DNA of 64,000 nt from contig JAUFOQ010000013.1 in NCBI GenBank assembly GCA_040285855.1, forward strand, positions 1,736,001-1,800,000, read 5' to 3'. This document shows positions 48,415 through 60,113 of the stretch, piece after piece. The notes under the pieces were generated by a model, which saw nothing but the letters and a program-made list of their open reading frames with translations, was not told the DNA's origin and did no database searches. The translations under genes were made by a program, and so were the position numbers. The DNA is from Eukaryota sp. GEM-RC1. Its lineage: Eukaryota. Within the stretch, counting starts at the first letter, position 1. Every line of letters starts with the position of its first letter.

Positions 48415-51400
48415 TGTTATGACACGCGTGTGTTAGAACCATGAAGACTCCTTTTTACTTTGTCTTTTCTTTTCCCCATTGCAATAAACTAGGTTCCAAT
48501 ACCTTTTGCAATAATTCCGGAACAAAAGGCATCAATACGTATTGTGCCATCACTAAAACAGTATGTCACTTCCTTCTACTAACTTAGCCAATCTCCAAGA
48601 GAAGATTCGCTTTGTCGCCCCGCGACTTACATCACTAATCCCAGGCTCTGTAGCCAGCTTCATCCAAGAAGTGGTACAGTATACCTCTAGCACCTCTACC
48701 GAAGCTTCCGCGCTTCCCAGGGTAAGAGCTCCAACACCTAGCACCACTGCTGCCCCCAATGAAACTCTCAGAGCTGCCGAAAAGCTCATCGCTGACGCCG
48801 CCAAGAAATTTGAGATTCCAGGCTTCGGCCAAGGGATTTTCGCACCAATGTGGTCAGCTGCCAAGAAGGTTGCCTTACAAGAAGCTGAAGCTTCCGCCAT
48901 GTCATCTTCCCTCCTTGACGGTCTCAACGGACTATCCTTAGATCTCGTTGCCCCCTCCTTTTTCGGAGATCCGCCTGCGCCTGAGAATTTCCACAAATAC
49001 ATTCTCCTTAAAGTTCTCTCTCTAATCCGCCTTCTCTCTCCCTCTTCCTTGTCCTCGCAAGAAGATTTTTGGAATTTTCTACTATCTACCACTCGAGCTC
49101 AGAACGCCTCAGAAGCTCGACGACTTGTGTCCTCTCTGAACATGAATGGTCCTCATCTTCATTCCCTCAATGCTTATCTCGAACAACTCCCTTCCGTCGT
49201 TAGCCGCTGTCAAAATTTCATTTGTCTTAGCCGCCCTAAAATTATCGTAGAAGCTTTTCTCAAGGGTTCCTCGTCCCACCGCTGATAACTCGTCTCGAGT
49301 TACTCGTTCTCAATCTCATTCATCGAAGCATGTTCAAGGAAAGTTTTCGAAAACAAACCAAATTGTTGAAGAAACAGAAGAAGCTAACGATGAGATCGAG
49401 TTTGATCTCGAAGTTTCCAACCTCATTGACCAAACAATGCCAGACTCCGACTGTTGGTCTATCAATTCCAACTTTAAAACTAATCTTGATCTCAAACGTC
49501 CAACCGCTGACAACTCTCCCTTTCTATCAAAATCTCCCAATGCCTTCCTTCCTACTCCTAAAGGCAGAAGCTCGTTGTCTGGTCTCAATCATAACCTCGT
49601 CTCTGTTCCTGAGGAAGTAACCTCCCCGTTGAGGCGAATCACTGATCCTAGCTACGGCTTTGATCAACCTCACGTCTCGGATCCAATCCTTGACACTGGT
49701 GCGAACGATGGTAAGGTTGAGAACCTGGACCCTGAGCCGAAACCCGCAGGATCTTCCTTAAGAGATGATTTTTTGTCCATGACCGTCTTAGTCAACAAAA
49801 TCCCTCTAACCGGTACTTGGGACTGCGCCTGTCAAACAAGTTGCATTTCTGAAGACCTCGCCCTTAAAGCAAACCTTCCCATTTTACCTTCCAAGATCAA
49901 TTTCAGACTAGCAACCGGAAGCTCCGTCAAATCCCCCGGATGCTGCACTACTGTCATTACTTTCAATTTTGAAAGTACAATTTCTAAGGTTGTACATGTC
50001 AAGTGTACCTTACATATCATCCCTGGTAAGAACCAGTTCCTCTTAGGATGTGACCTAATGAAAAACCTAGGTCTGCTGAAGAACAACGGCCTTATGATTA
50101 ATCTGAACAAGGAACACTGCGCCTTAATCAATGCCGAAGCCTGCTTAGATGGCTTAATCCTTCGCCCTAGAGACAACCCATGTCAAATTAATTCCGTTTC
50201 AAGAGACTGGACTCACGAAGCTAGATTTGAACTAAACCATAACCAAATTTCTACTATTAAAAGTTTACTATTTGAATTCCAAGACATCTTTGGTAAGCCG
50301 CACCCCGACGGAGTCAAATGGCCACCAATGACTCTGCCATTCTTTGATGAAAAGTCAGTCGTCAACTTTCCAGCAAGGAACCTCAATCCTCACAAACTTC
50401 AGATTGCCAACGACATATTTGATGAACTTATTGCTGATAACTTTGCCTTCGAATCTCCCAAAGGGAACCCTTTTTCATCTCCCATTTGCCTCGTAACCTA
50501 CCCCGATGACAGAAAGCCCAGACTAACTGGCGACTTTTCCGGTGTCAATGGAATCAACGCTCTCACAATTCCATTAGAAGCTAACCTCCATCGGATATCC
50601 GATAATTCTTGTTTCCTTTCTAACGCGACCTTCATAGCCACTTTGGACCTCCCAAAGGCATTTTGGCAAATTCTTCTCGATCCTAAAGACCAAATGAAAA
50701 CTACTCTTGCTATTCCTGGCAGAAAGATTTGTTTTAAATGAGCAGCCTTCGGGCTGAAGAATGTTCCTGCATACTTCCAGAATATCATGTACAAAAATTT
50801 TTCTATGCCAAATGTATTCATTTACATCGATGATGTAATTATTGCTCATAATGACTTCAAAGTTTTCACTGATACCCTCAAAGAAATTTTTAAACGTGCC
50901 CGAAAGCATAGAATAAGGTTCGGAATTAGAAAATGCTCCTTTGTCACCAAGAAATCAAAGATTACGGTTCTCGGAGCAATTTTCCAAGATGGAAAAAGAT
51001 CTATTGATCCAGATAGAATCGAAGCCATCGCCAACTTACCCATCCCAACCACAATTTTTGAACTGAGATCCTTTTGCGGATCTATCAATTACTTAAGGGA
51101 CTGGATCCCGAACCTCAGTCAACTCACTCAACCTCTCACGAACCTCACGCGCAAAGACCCTGAAACCCGCTTAACTATCTCTAAAAAATGGACTGATGCA
51201 CATACCAAAAACTTCATCGAAATCAAACGGTTAATTTCGAACTCAGTAGACCTCGCTCTGCCCGACGACGAGTCTACCATAATTATTTCAACAGATGCCT
51301 CAGACAAGGCCATCAGCGGTATTATCTGGAAAAAACTCGATAATTCAGATCCACATGAACCCTTAGAAGACCGAAAATTAGCTCCTATCTCTTTCTTCTC

Positions 51401-52316
51401 AAAAACACTGTCTGATACTCAATCCAACTGGCCTATCATTCAAAAAGAACTGTTTGCCATCGTCTGCACCCTGAATCAACCTAAATTATCCTCATTCCTC
51501 ATTAGCAAGAGACTTATTATCTTCTGCGATCACCGCAACATTGTATACTTAATCAATCATCCAGACAAAAACAGAATTGTCACCAGATGGATTCCTCTGC
51601 TTCTCGACCTCACAGCCAGAACCTGTGCCATTAAAAAGAAGTGGGAAGAGGCAGAAAAGCACAAAAAGCTTCAATCCGCTCGTCTCATACAGAGATCCCG
51701 CAAATTGCCGAAGGCACCTATGTACTTCGATTCAACGAAAACCCCGGCCGTCTCCATGGCCGCTGGTTAGGCCCATATAGGGTCATCCAAAGCTCCCCCA
51801 ACTCATCTAAGCTACAGCTTCTCAATTTAGCCACTAATGTAGCCACCTATTCTTCGGTACACCTCTGCAAGCCCTTTATCAGCTCGTCCGACAACCCAGA
51901 ATATTACAAAGCCATCGCCGCCCTAGATAAAGAAGAGTTTACCATTAGACGTATCATCTCCGTGGACCGCCGCAAAAACACTGCTTACGTCGAATGGACT
52001 TGTAACACCAAGGAACATGTTGACTTAGGTATCGTCAAGAATGACTCCGCCTACTCTAGATTCATGCAGCTTCCCGAAAACAAGAAGCCTCGTTTCAAGA
52101 GTAATTAGATTAATTATTAATTTTACTATTAGCCACTTATTAGCGGTTCTAACCCACTCTCAAGATCATGAGAGATCTTGAAAAGAGAAAGGGTAATGTT
52201 CTGACACGCTTGTGTTAGAACCAGGAAGACTCCTTTTTACTTTGTCTTTTCTTTTCCCCATTGCAATAAACTAGGTTCCAATACCTTTTGCAATATTTCC
52301 GGAACAAAAGGCATCA
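48415..52316 (+). mobile_element. Ty3/Gypsy LTR retrotransposon (defective), 120-bp LTRs, 4-bp TSD AATG
   Basis: LTRs TGTT..ATCA at 48415-48534 and 52197-52316 with 4 mismatches. PPT at 52181-52196. Order gag-PR-RT (LDLPKAFWQI, FGLKNVP, YIDD)-RH (TDASD, KELFAI, CDHRN)-GPY-chromo-like. Confidence 0.95.
48563..52108 (+). pseudogene. gag-pol of the LTR element, with stops and frameshifts and the integrase core missing
   Basis: ORFs 48563-49285, 49437-50741, 50787-51770 and 51641-52108. In-frame TGA at 50739-50741 inside RT. Confidence 0.85.
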
Positions 52317-53962
52317 AATGGAACAAATGAAAACTTAGAGTATAGATTTTCATTAAGCTTCTGCAAAGCATCCGCATAATTTGAACACTTTCGTTGTTCA
52401 GCCTTTTCCAGATGACCATTCGAATCATTCAATATGGAGTATTGGTCGACTTTTGCAAACGGGTCAACTGTAGTAAAATCAACCACAACTTGAGATGAAT
52501 CCAGGAAAGGAGCAATTAAGTCACCACGCCGAGAATCAAACACGTTATTGTCACTATAATGTTTCAGAAGAGGTTCAATTTTACAACTATAATTGTAGGA
52601 TTTGAACATTTCATAAATAACGTCACGAACAGCGTTATGTAGAACAGATCGAAATTGCAAAAATTTCTTGCAACTAACAACATGACGAAATGTGGCTGTG
52701 GATCGGTTATCGCAAACACAGATTGAATTATTTAGCAAACCACTAGGGAATAAACCTAAACGAAGACGCATATTTTGCTTCCAAGCATCATTGTTCAAAT
52801 GTAAACCAAAAGGTCTAGGTTGTTGAGTGATGAAGCTAGAACATTGTTGAATGTCACATAAAAATGCTGCAAAGATGGGATTATCAATCTTAGTCACACT
52901 AAGTCTTTTACTAAAATCCAAGTCTTCCAACCCAAATAATGTAGCATTCTGTAACTTAACTACACCAAGAGGTAGAAATTCAATTGACCAATCAGGAATA
53001 GATGAAACACTTTTCGGGAAACTTTCGTTCCAAACTTCAGACTGATTTAAAATATCAAAAGTAATACCAGAAGGTCCAGGAGCTTTCCCAGATGGCAACT
53101 TTAAGATCAAATTGAATAACTCATCAGACAAACTAGGATTTTTTCTCCAATATGTTGGAGGAAGTGGAACTTCCGTAAAAAAGTTTCAATTTCAAGAACT
53201 TTAATCTTATCCAACTCTTGTTGAATCGAATTCAAATAATCATCAAGTTTTAGTAATTGTTGTATATTGCATTTATAAATCCCATTGTGTTGACAAAACT
53301 TACTACAGTAAATAGAGTAATGTTTTAAAATGTGTGAAGTTAGTGCGATTCAACCAAAACCGTTGGTCAAAAGTCTTCTTTGTCTATAATTACGAAGAAT
53401 GTATATGTAAATCGATACAAAGCCATAAACAGTTATTGTTGTAGAATATTGTAAACACTGAATGAAATATGGTTTAAAGGCACTGCTGATGTGTTACTGT
53501 TGATCAAATTCTCTATGCAGAAAACGTGATTCAACTTTCATAAGAAACAGGTGACGTTGATGTCTTAATAAATGTGTTGAAAGAGATTGCACAATGAGAC
53601 GAAGGTGATTCTGTAAGAGATGTGCGTTTTCGAGCTCTCAACTCTGCTTAAAGATTTTCGACAAGTTCTGAACAGTTTTGAACAGTCCCCGGTACAAAGT
53701 GTTGTTTCAAACGATTAGTTCCTGGTGGACACAATGATGACAATGAACTGCAGCTTCTGATACAATAGAACCTTTGGAAGGAGGTTGGTATACAATTGTG
53801 GCGTGATGCCAAATGATGTGGGATTTTGATACAGGACATGTATCAGTATGACGCAAAAGATTTTTATTTATGGGATGTCTCAACTAGAAGTTCGAATGAA
53901 AATGCGCACGTAAAATGCGGGGATTTTGATGCATTTCATTTCTGGAAAAACAAGACTTATCA

Positions 53963-56203
53963 ATGTCACAACCTCCACCATTGAAACGATCAACATCTGA
54001 AGAATCAGAACCAAGACCTGTAACAGTTCCACATGCTTTTCATAAACAATTATACGCTTGGGTCCAAGAGGAAGAATCTATGACTATTTTTGTAGCCCTT
54101 GTCCGCGCTCAGAGTTCTGGCTTATTGACCCCGGATGATGTTAATGATCTGCCCCAGTTATCCATCCAGTCCAAGTTCTCAATTGACAATGGCCAGTTGA
54201 TAGCGTTCGATGGCTCTACGGCAGTTCAAATAGTCCCTAGTTCATCGTCCTCTTCTTCTCCCCCTCCCCCTTCGTCTTCTCCCTCGTCTTCCTCTTCTCC
54301 CTCAAATCGAGTTGCGGACAAACTATCAGTATCTGACCAAAATTTTCGAAAACACGTCCAAAGGTTCCCCCTCTCCGCTAATCACACTGGAATAGCAGAT
54401 TCCATTTATAATCTGTTAACAACTGGTGGTCCGGATACGGCTTCATGGTGTGTTGTGCTCTCAATAATCCAACGTTCTGGTGTTGGTAAGACACACAGTG
54501 CCAAGTCATTGGTCGATAACTACAGTGAAAACGTCCAGTGTGTATGCTTTATGGTTACCTCCGCTATAGGTGATACACGCCTGAAGGCCGAAACTGGGAT
54601 TGAATTTGAACATTATGAAACGAATGGATATCCAGATTTCACATCGTTTGATAGCAACCACAACTCCTTCATTAACAGAATAGCAAACACCATAAGTTCC
54701 ACTCTTGCTAACAATACGTTGTTTGTATCTGAATTAAACACTAACACTAAAAATGTCGTTCTCCAACCATTAGTGGATAAAAAGTATCTTGTTGTCTATA
54801 TTGATGAAGGTCTTTCCTTTAAAAGTCAACAGATGTTTGCTGCTTTCAGACAATGTGTGATTCTAGCATTACTTCGTTTAGAGTCTCTTTTTGAACCACC
54901 ACTCGTTTGTGTCATTACCGACACTAATTCAAGTGGTTTATTAACAATACCGCAATCTATTTTTACGGGAACAAAGCCTTCTATTTCGACGTCTGGTATC
55001 ACTAGACTTTCTCTTGCTCCCTTAGTTCTTTTAGATCCTTCTGATTTGAAAAAGGACATCAACAGTGAGGAGCTGCAACATCGTTTTCGTGGGTTTCCTT
55101 TGTGGGCCGGTCAATTCCAATTCTATAAGAAACAAGAAGAACATCGATTACAACGTATTAAGGGCATTGATTGTTCTGATGACGTTTCCGTTAAGAACCA
55201 AGCTTTAGAGCAACTGAAAGACTTTATTTTGACGAAACTTGACAGAACTCAGACGAGTTTTGACCAAGATACATTGTTGAATCTCAACGTAACTTCAGTG
55301 TTTCTTCAGTCGATATGCCTTATTGCTCTAGGTGAAGCTTTTGGTTATTTAGATGCTATACATCATCCTGATTTACTGAAAGGAGGTGTTGCCATTTTGC
55401 TACCCCCCAGTGGTGTTTCTCCTTTTGCACCATTTAATTCTGATGAATTTTCTAAATGTCTTTTGGCTCCACCCTTAAATGAAAACTGTTTGTTTGAGGC
55501 TCTCCCCATTATTGCGAAAAAGTTTGTCACACACGATAAGTATCTTGAATTTGTCTCTTTAGTGTGTAAATCTTTGATTGCTTTAATTGCACCAACCAAT
55601 GCTCCTCTCATTGAGTCATCTAAGGGATTCTTACTCGAATTACTCGTTGCTCTAGCTTTGGTACTATGTTCAGTTTGGTATGACTCAGGTGCTTTGGCTA
55701 GTCAAGTGTTCACAGATCTTGGAACAGTCTTCGAAGGAACACTTAAGTTGGCTGCTGTGAAACCGAAGAAGCTGAATCATTTGGATACTTCGAAGTCGCA
55801 TCTTTTTAATACTTCGAAACTAAAGCCTTTGGTTTCCTGTCGATTGAGTGGCAAACCTGTCAGAAAATTAAAAAATGTAACAGAAAATGACAAAATTGTC
55901 TTCTGTGGCGCAAGTGTACCTGGTCCAGGTCTCTATATACCTGCATGGGTGACACAAGATGGTGATTTTGGAAAGGAATGTGATCAAATATGGATCCCTC
56001 TGGAAGTTAAACTTAGACAGGACAAACCATCCAAAAACGAAATTAAGAAGAAATTTAAAAATTTTAACATGCAAAAATGCTTGTTCTTCCAAATGGGTCC
56101 TCAAAACGCAGAGTTCTCGTATGACAGACTTAATGTACTAAATTGTCGATTCTTTTCAATGTCGCTCGTCCAAAAAACTTTATTGCTTGTTTACAAGGAT
56201 TAA
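53963..56203 (+). CDS. Crinkler/RHS-like protein: N-terminal domain, Ser/Pro linker, P-loop NTPase, possible PD-(D/E)xK-type C-terminus (746 aa)
   Basis: Walker A SIIQRSGVGKT, Walker B LVVYIDE, sensor-like VITDTNS, C-terminal IPLEVK. Confidence 0.72.
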   Translation: MSQPPPLKRSTSEESEPRPVTVPHAFHKQLYAWVQEEESMTIFVALVRAQSSGLLTPDDVNDLPQLSIQSKFSIDNGQLIAFDGSTAVQIVPSSSSSSSPPPPSSSPSSSSSPSNRVADKLSVSDQNFRKHVQRFPLSANHTGIADSIYNLLTTGGPDTASWCVVLSIIQRSGVGKTHSAKSLVDNYSENVQCVCFMVTSAIGDTRLKAETGIEFEHYETNGYPDFTSFDSNHNSFINRIANTISSTLANNTLFVSELNTNTKNVVLQPLVDKKYLVVYIDEGLSFKSQQMFAAFRQCVILALLRLESLFEPPLVCVITDTNSSGLLTIPQSIFTGTKPSISTSGITRLSLAPLVLLDPSDLKKDINSEELQHRFRGFPLWAGQFQFYKKQEEHRLQRIKGIDCSDDVSVKNQALEQLKDFILTKLDRTQTSFDQDTLLNLNVTSVFLQSICLIALGEAFGYLDAIHHPDLLKGGVAILLPPSGVSPFAPFNSDEFSKCLLAPPLNENCLFEALPIIAKKFVTHDKYLEFVSLVCKSLIALIAPTNAPLIESSKGFLLELLVALALVLCSVWYDSGALASQVFTDLGTVFEGTLKLAAVKPKKLNHLDTSKSHLFNTSKLKPLVSCRLSGKPVRKLKNVTENDKIVFCGASVPGPGLYIPAWVTQDGDFGKECDQIWIPLEVKLRQDKPSKNEIKKKFKNFNMQKCLFFQMGPQNAEFSYDRLNVLNCRFFSMSLVQKTLLLVYKD

Positions 56204-56814
56204 CTATTGTTAAAGAATTTGTATGTTTTAATCCAATTTTTGCTCGTGTTATCGACAAAAGAAGAATTACATATTTTATTGTGGTGAGAAGAGCTTTGAA
56301 ATGGTAAGTGGCCAGGCTTTCGAGTTAACTAATGTGGAATTTGAACGGTTCGCCAATTTTTCTCGTGTTGAGAATGGTAAAGTAAAGTTCAAACTTGAAT
56401 GGAACAATTCTAAATTTGAGGTTCATCCTCTAGTCTAAGTCTTTATAGTCAACTGTTCATGGTAGACATATTCTCTAATTGCTACCACCTTGGACTTGAT
56501 CTCGAACATGTTTTCCACATCCAGGAAGTCCAACAGTCTTAGACTTCTTTAAAATAGATTTGATTCGTACCATGAACATTTCATTTAGAAGAAAGTAGCA
56601 CTGTTGTTGATTAGCTCAAAATAATATCAAAATAGTGTCACAGTTTACTCAAGTATATATTATCATTATATATAGGATACTTTTGTTACTCCGATTGTTT
56701 CAATTAGTCTCACTGAGACTAATAGTATTAGTCTAATACCGTACGTCATTTTCACTTGTCACATATCGGAATTAGTCTCACTAATTCCTCTATCCATAAC
56801 ATCAGAAGGTACTA

Positions 56815-57573
56815 CAGTCAACTCTCTATAAATGCACACGTTTGGGGGTGTGCACTTATAGAGTGTGTGTGCACTTATAAAATTTCCTCTCTTTTGCCAC
56901 ACCTACACCCCATATCAGTCTTGCTCACTTCATTATCTTCTATAGGTGTTAAGAACCCACTGTATTAGCTTTTGGGTGGTTCGTTTGGGCATTTGAGAGG
57001 CCTGATAGCAAAGAAAACGTTTCTGGTGATAGGTCAAGGTGGTTTTCTTGGACATTAGGAAGAAGTGAGATGCATGCAAAGTTGTTCTTAAGGAAAATTG
57101 CCACTGTTACTCCTCAAATATCTTGTGGATTACAGATATGACTCAAAACAGTAGTTATAGACATGATTTATTGATTGCATGAAAACCAGGTTAGAGAACG
57201 ACAATACTATACGTATCCTACAGAAGAGTGTCAGGATTACTAGTAGCTGAAAGGTTAAGCCCATCAAGCAAGGAGAGATGTGATGATGAGACAACAAGAG
57301 ACAGCAGAAAGATGACGATATCGATAATCCACGAGAATCATCCATGTTATCAAGCAACTGACAGATAGGAAAGATCATTATGAGTAAGATTCTAGGAGGT
57401 CAAGAGAGGACACATGGTTTCACGAACTTATGTGCGCTATGAGCACTAAAAACTCACTTATTGGTAGACATAGGGACTTTATAAGGCCTCAGGCACAGTT
57501 ATAAGAAACAAACAGGGTAAAATTTTTGGGGGTGTGTGTATTTATGGAGTGTGCATTTATAGAGAGTTGACTG
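56815..57573. mobile_element. pogo/Tigger-type MITE (copy B)
   Basis: Same TIRs and TA flanks as 47026-47799. Confidence 0.88.
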
Positions 57574-57887
57574 TACATATATTTGAAAAATCTTCACCTA
57601 ATTCTAGTTAGCAATTTCATCAACTATTAAACTCTGCCCGATTCATCTACGTTTCTTCACAATTTCTTGAAGATCAGCGGTCAACTTTTATTCATGCCAA
57701 ACTTCAGTATCATCTCCAGCTGGATTTTGGAACATGCCCTGATCCTTAAACGAACGATCCTTACGAATGAAGCCAGAACAATTGATTTAGAGTGGTGAGA
57801 AGGGAATCATATGGTTATGTAAGGATTTAATATGATCGTATCAGTTTAAAAGTTCTTCTAACTGTAAAAGCGTATTGATAGACCAAC

Positions 57888-58074
57888 AGTACATTTTAAA
57901 ATCTGAAAATTGTATTTATTTTAATTCCGAGTAAATAATGCTTCATACGCAATCATGACGAACATGATTAAATAGAATCTAAACCAAGATTAGACTTAAT
58001 TTCGTCGACTATGGTGCAATACGGTTTTATCCAATGCATGAATCTGACACATACTCACAAAAGCAACCAAAAAT
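57888..58074. repeat. Dispersed hairpin-containing repeat, copy 2
   Basis: Collinear with 41600-41772. Confidence 0.7.
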
Positions 58075-58180
58075 AGTAACAAAAGTGGTTGTTGGCAACA
58101 AATAACACGAAAAAATACAAATATTACAATAGGGCAGTAGAAACAATGCTTCAAGAATAAATAGTGGCTTCAACTTTTAA

Positions 58181-60113
58181 TCACTTATGAGGCCTAGAAG
58201 TTCTATCAGGATCAGTAATTCTGTCAAACCTAGACACAGTCACTGGTGAAGCAGGAATAGGGACTGTCATTTCAGAAGGAATCCTCCTCCTACTTCGATC
58301 CAGAGGTTTCTTAACAAAACTAGGCGGAAGTGCTTCCCGTGGAGAGATGAGCGGGCTTCTTCCTTGCTGACGTATTTGCCTGCGTTCTGATTCCCTTTCA
58401 GCTTCAATTGCAGATCTTCTCTTGGGAGTTAGAGGAGAAGCTTTTTCTGAGACTGTTGCTAGAGCTTCCTTGTACATTAGATTATCCACTGCGTCTACTA
58501 GTTTCTCATCTTTAGCAATAGGAGCTTTCAAAAGAGATTTTTGAATAAAAATGTCCAATTTTTTAATTATTCGTGGGATGAAGCTTTCCTTCTTCCCTGA
58601 CACCTCCTCCATACCCTCCCTTGTATAATCCAATCCTCTTTCGAACACGTGGACAGCAATCATATCCTTATCAACATGACGTGACCTTCTGATTTGTAGA
58701 TACACCAGTATTGGCCTAATAGAGGTCCCTTGAACGAATCTGTAATGAGAAAACAAATGACACCCAAACACTGTAAACAAAATGATGGTTAGCGCCGTTG
58801 CTAACAATGCTGGTCTCGCAGGTTCATCTAATGGCATGGAAAAAACTAAAGCAAAGGAAACAGCACCTCGAAGACCTCCGTAGATCAAGATAAAAGCATC
58901 ACGAGGCGAGATTTGATGGATTCTAGTGTGATTGACTAGAGCTCGAGTGGTGAGGACTGTAAACGTTCTTGCTATTTGGATTAGTAATAGAGTCCATCCA
59001 ATGAGGGCAAAATCAAATACGAGATCAGGCATTCCTAAGAACAGGGAAAGTCCAAGGAAAATAAAGATGATGGTTTCAGCAGCATATGCTAGTAATCTAG
59101 GATGAGTTGATTTTTGGGAAAATTTAAAAAATGATGGAAATTTGAACATACTTTAGAAGATATTTGACTGTAATTGCAGAAAAGAAAGTTAAGTTCTTCT
59201 CAGCGTAGTAAGAGGCCGTCATTCCATAGATCAATATAGCGGTATCTCCAGAGAAATGAAAAACTTCTGCAACAGTAAAGGAAAGTAAAGCCAAAATAAT
59301 GATAAAAAGAGGTTCTAAAACTGAGGTTTTGTGTGTAAATCGAGTTAAACCAGTAGAAAACAATCCAAACAAAACTCCCAAAATGACTCCAACAATCACT
59401 TGAACAATGAAGGTCGCAATCAATATAAACACCGTCCCAACATTAGCTATTCTTTCCACCCCAATCACCAATCGAAACAACACGATAGCAATTCCATCAT
59501 TAATAACAGATTCCCCAAAGACAATGTTGTTAAGTGTATGGTTTACGTGAATCTCTTCAAAGGTAGCAACCACTGCAATGGGATCAACAGCATTCATTGC
59601 AGCCCCAAAGGCAATAGCTGGAGCAAGGCCAAGAGTAGTTCTCATAGAACCCATCCTGGAGAGAGCAAACAGAAGAGAACCAGTGAAGAGAGAGTTGAAG
59701 ACAGTGCCGGCAACAGCTAGGAGTAGAATGGTCCCAGTGTTACTGAAGAAGTAAGTTTTGGAGAGGAAATATCCAGCTTCTAGTAAGATCGGGGGAATGA
59801 GAACAAAGAAGAAGACATCTACGGGGAAATCTAGAAAGTCAACGGCAACAATGCCAGGAATTCCGTAGAAGAAGAGTCCGACCATCATTCCGAGAATTAT
59901 GATAAGAGAGGATTCGGGGAGTATGGAGATCTCCAATCGGTGATATAGTAGCTTAAATACAGCAGAGAGAAAGATGAAGAATAAGACGAACAAAAAGGCT
60001 CCACCAAAGACACCAAAAGGATCAAAAGAAACAACGGTTGGAGGACGACCAACACCTGCACCAACTTCACATATGAGACACAGTAGAGATGGAAGCCAAT
60101 AGGAACACAACAT
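58181..60113 (-). CDS. NHE: Na+/H+ exchanger (CPA1/NHE family); introns 59097-59151 and 58740-58769
   Basis: LPESSLIIILG, FFFVLIPPILLEAGY, AVDPIAV, FGESVINDG, GGLRGAVSFAL; splicing restores FTVFVQG. The start at 60113 is inferred from a signal-like N-terminus. Confidence 0.92.

Larger units (their letters stand above)
48141..53235 (-). mobile_element. CRE-like family 1 element with the RT deleted internally and an LTR element inserted
   Basis: KAPGPSGITFDIL (pre-RT motif) joins directly to post-RT sequence. The RLE region matches 42072-42782 and is split at 48414/52317. Confidence 0.85.
53242..57913. repeat. Direct segmental duplication, copy B
   Basis: Matches 43980-48140. Confidence 0.93.

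Noticed and set aside
49685..49705. ILDTGA as the retroviral protease active site
   Set aside because: The flanking protease pattern (V.VN...TW-D...S.IS, RLATG, LLGCD) centres on WDCAC further downstream, so LDTGA looks coincidental.
57888..58074. Hammerhead ribozyme or Sm-class RNA on the minus strand of the dispersed repeat
   Set aside because: GAAA..UC is present but CUGANGA is not. The AUUUUUGG lies at the 5' edge rather than near a 3' end, and the stems decay rather than covary.
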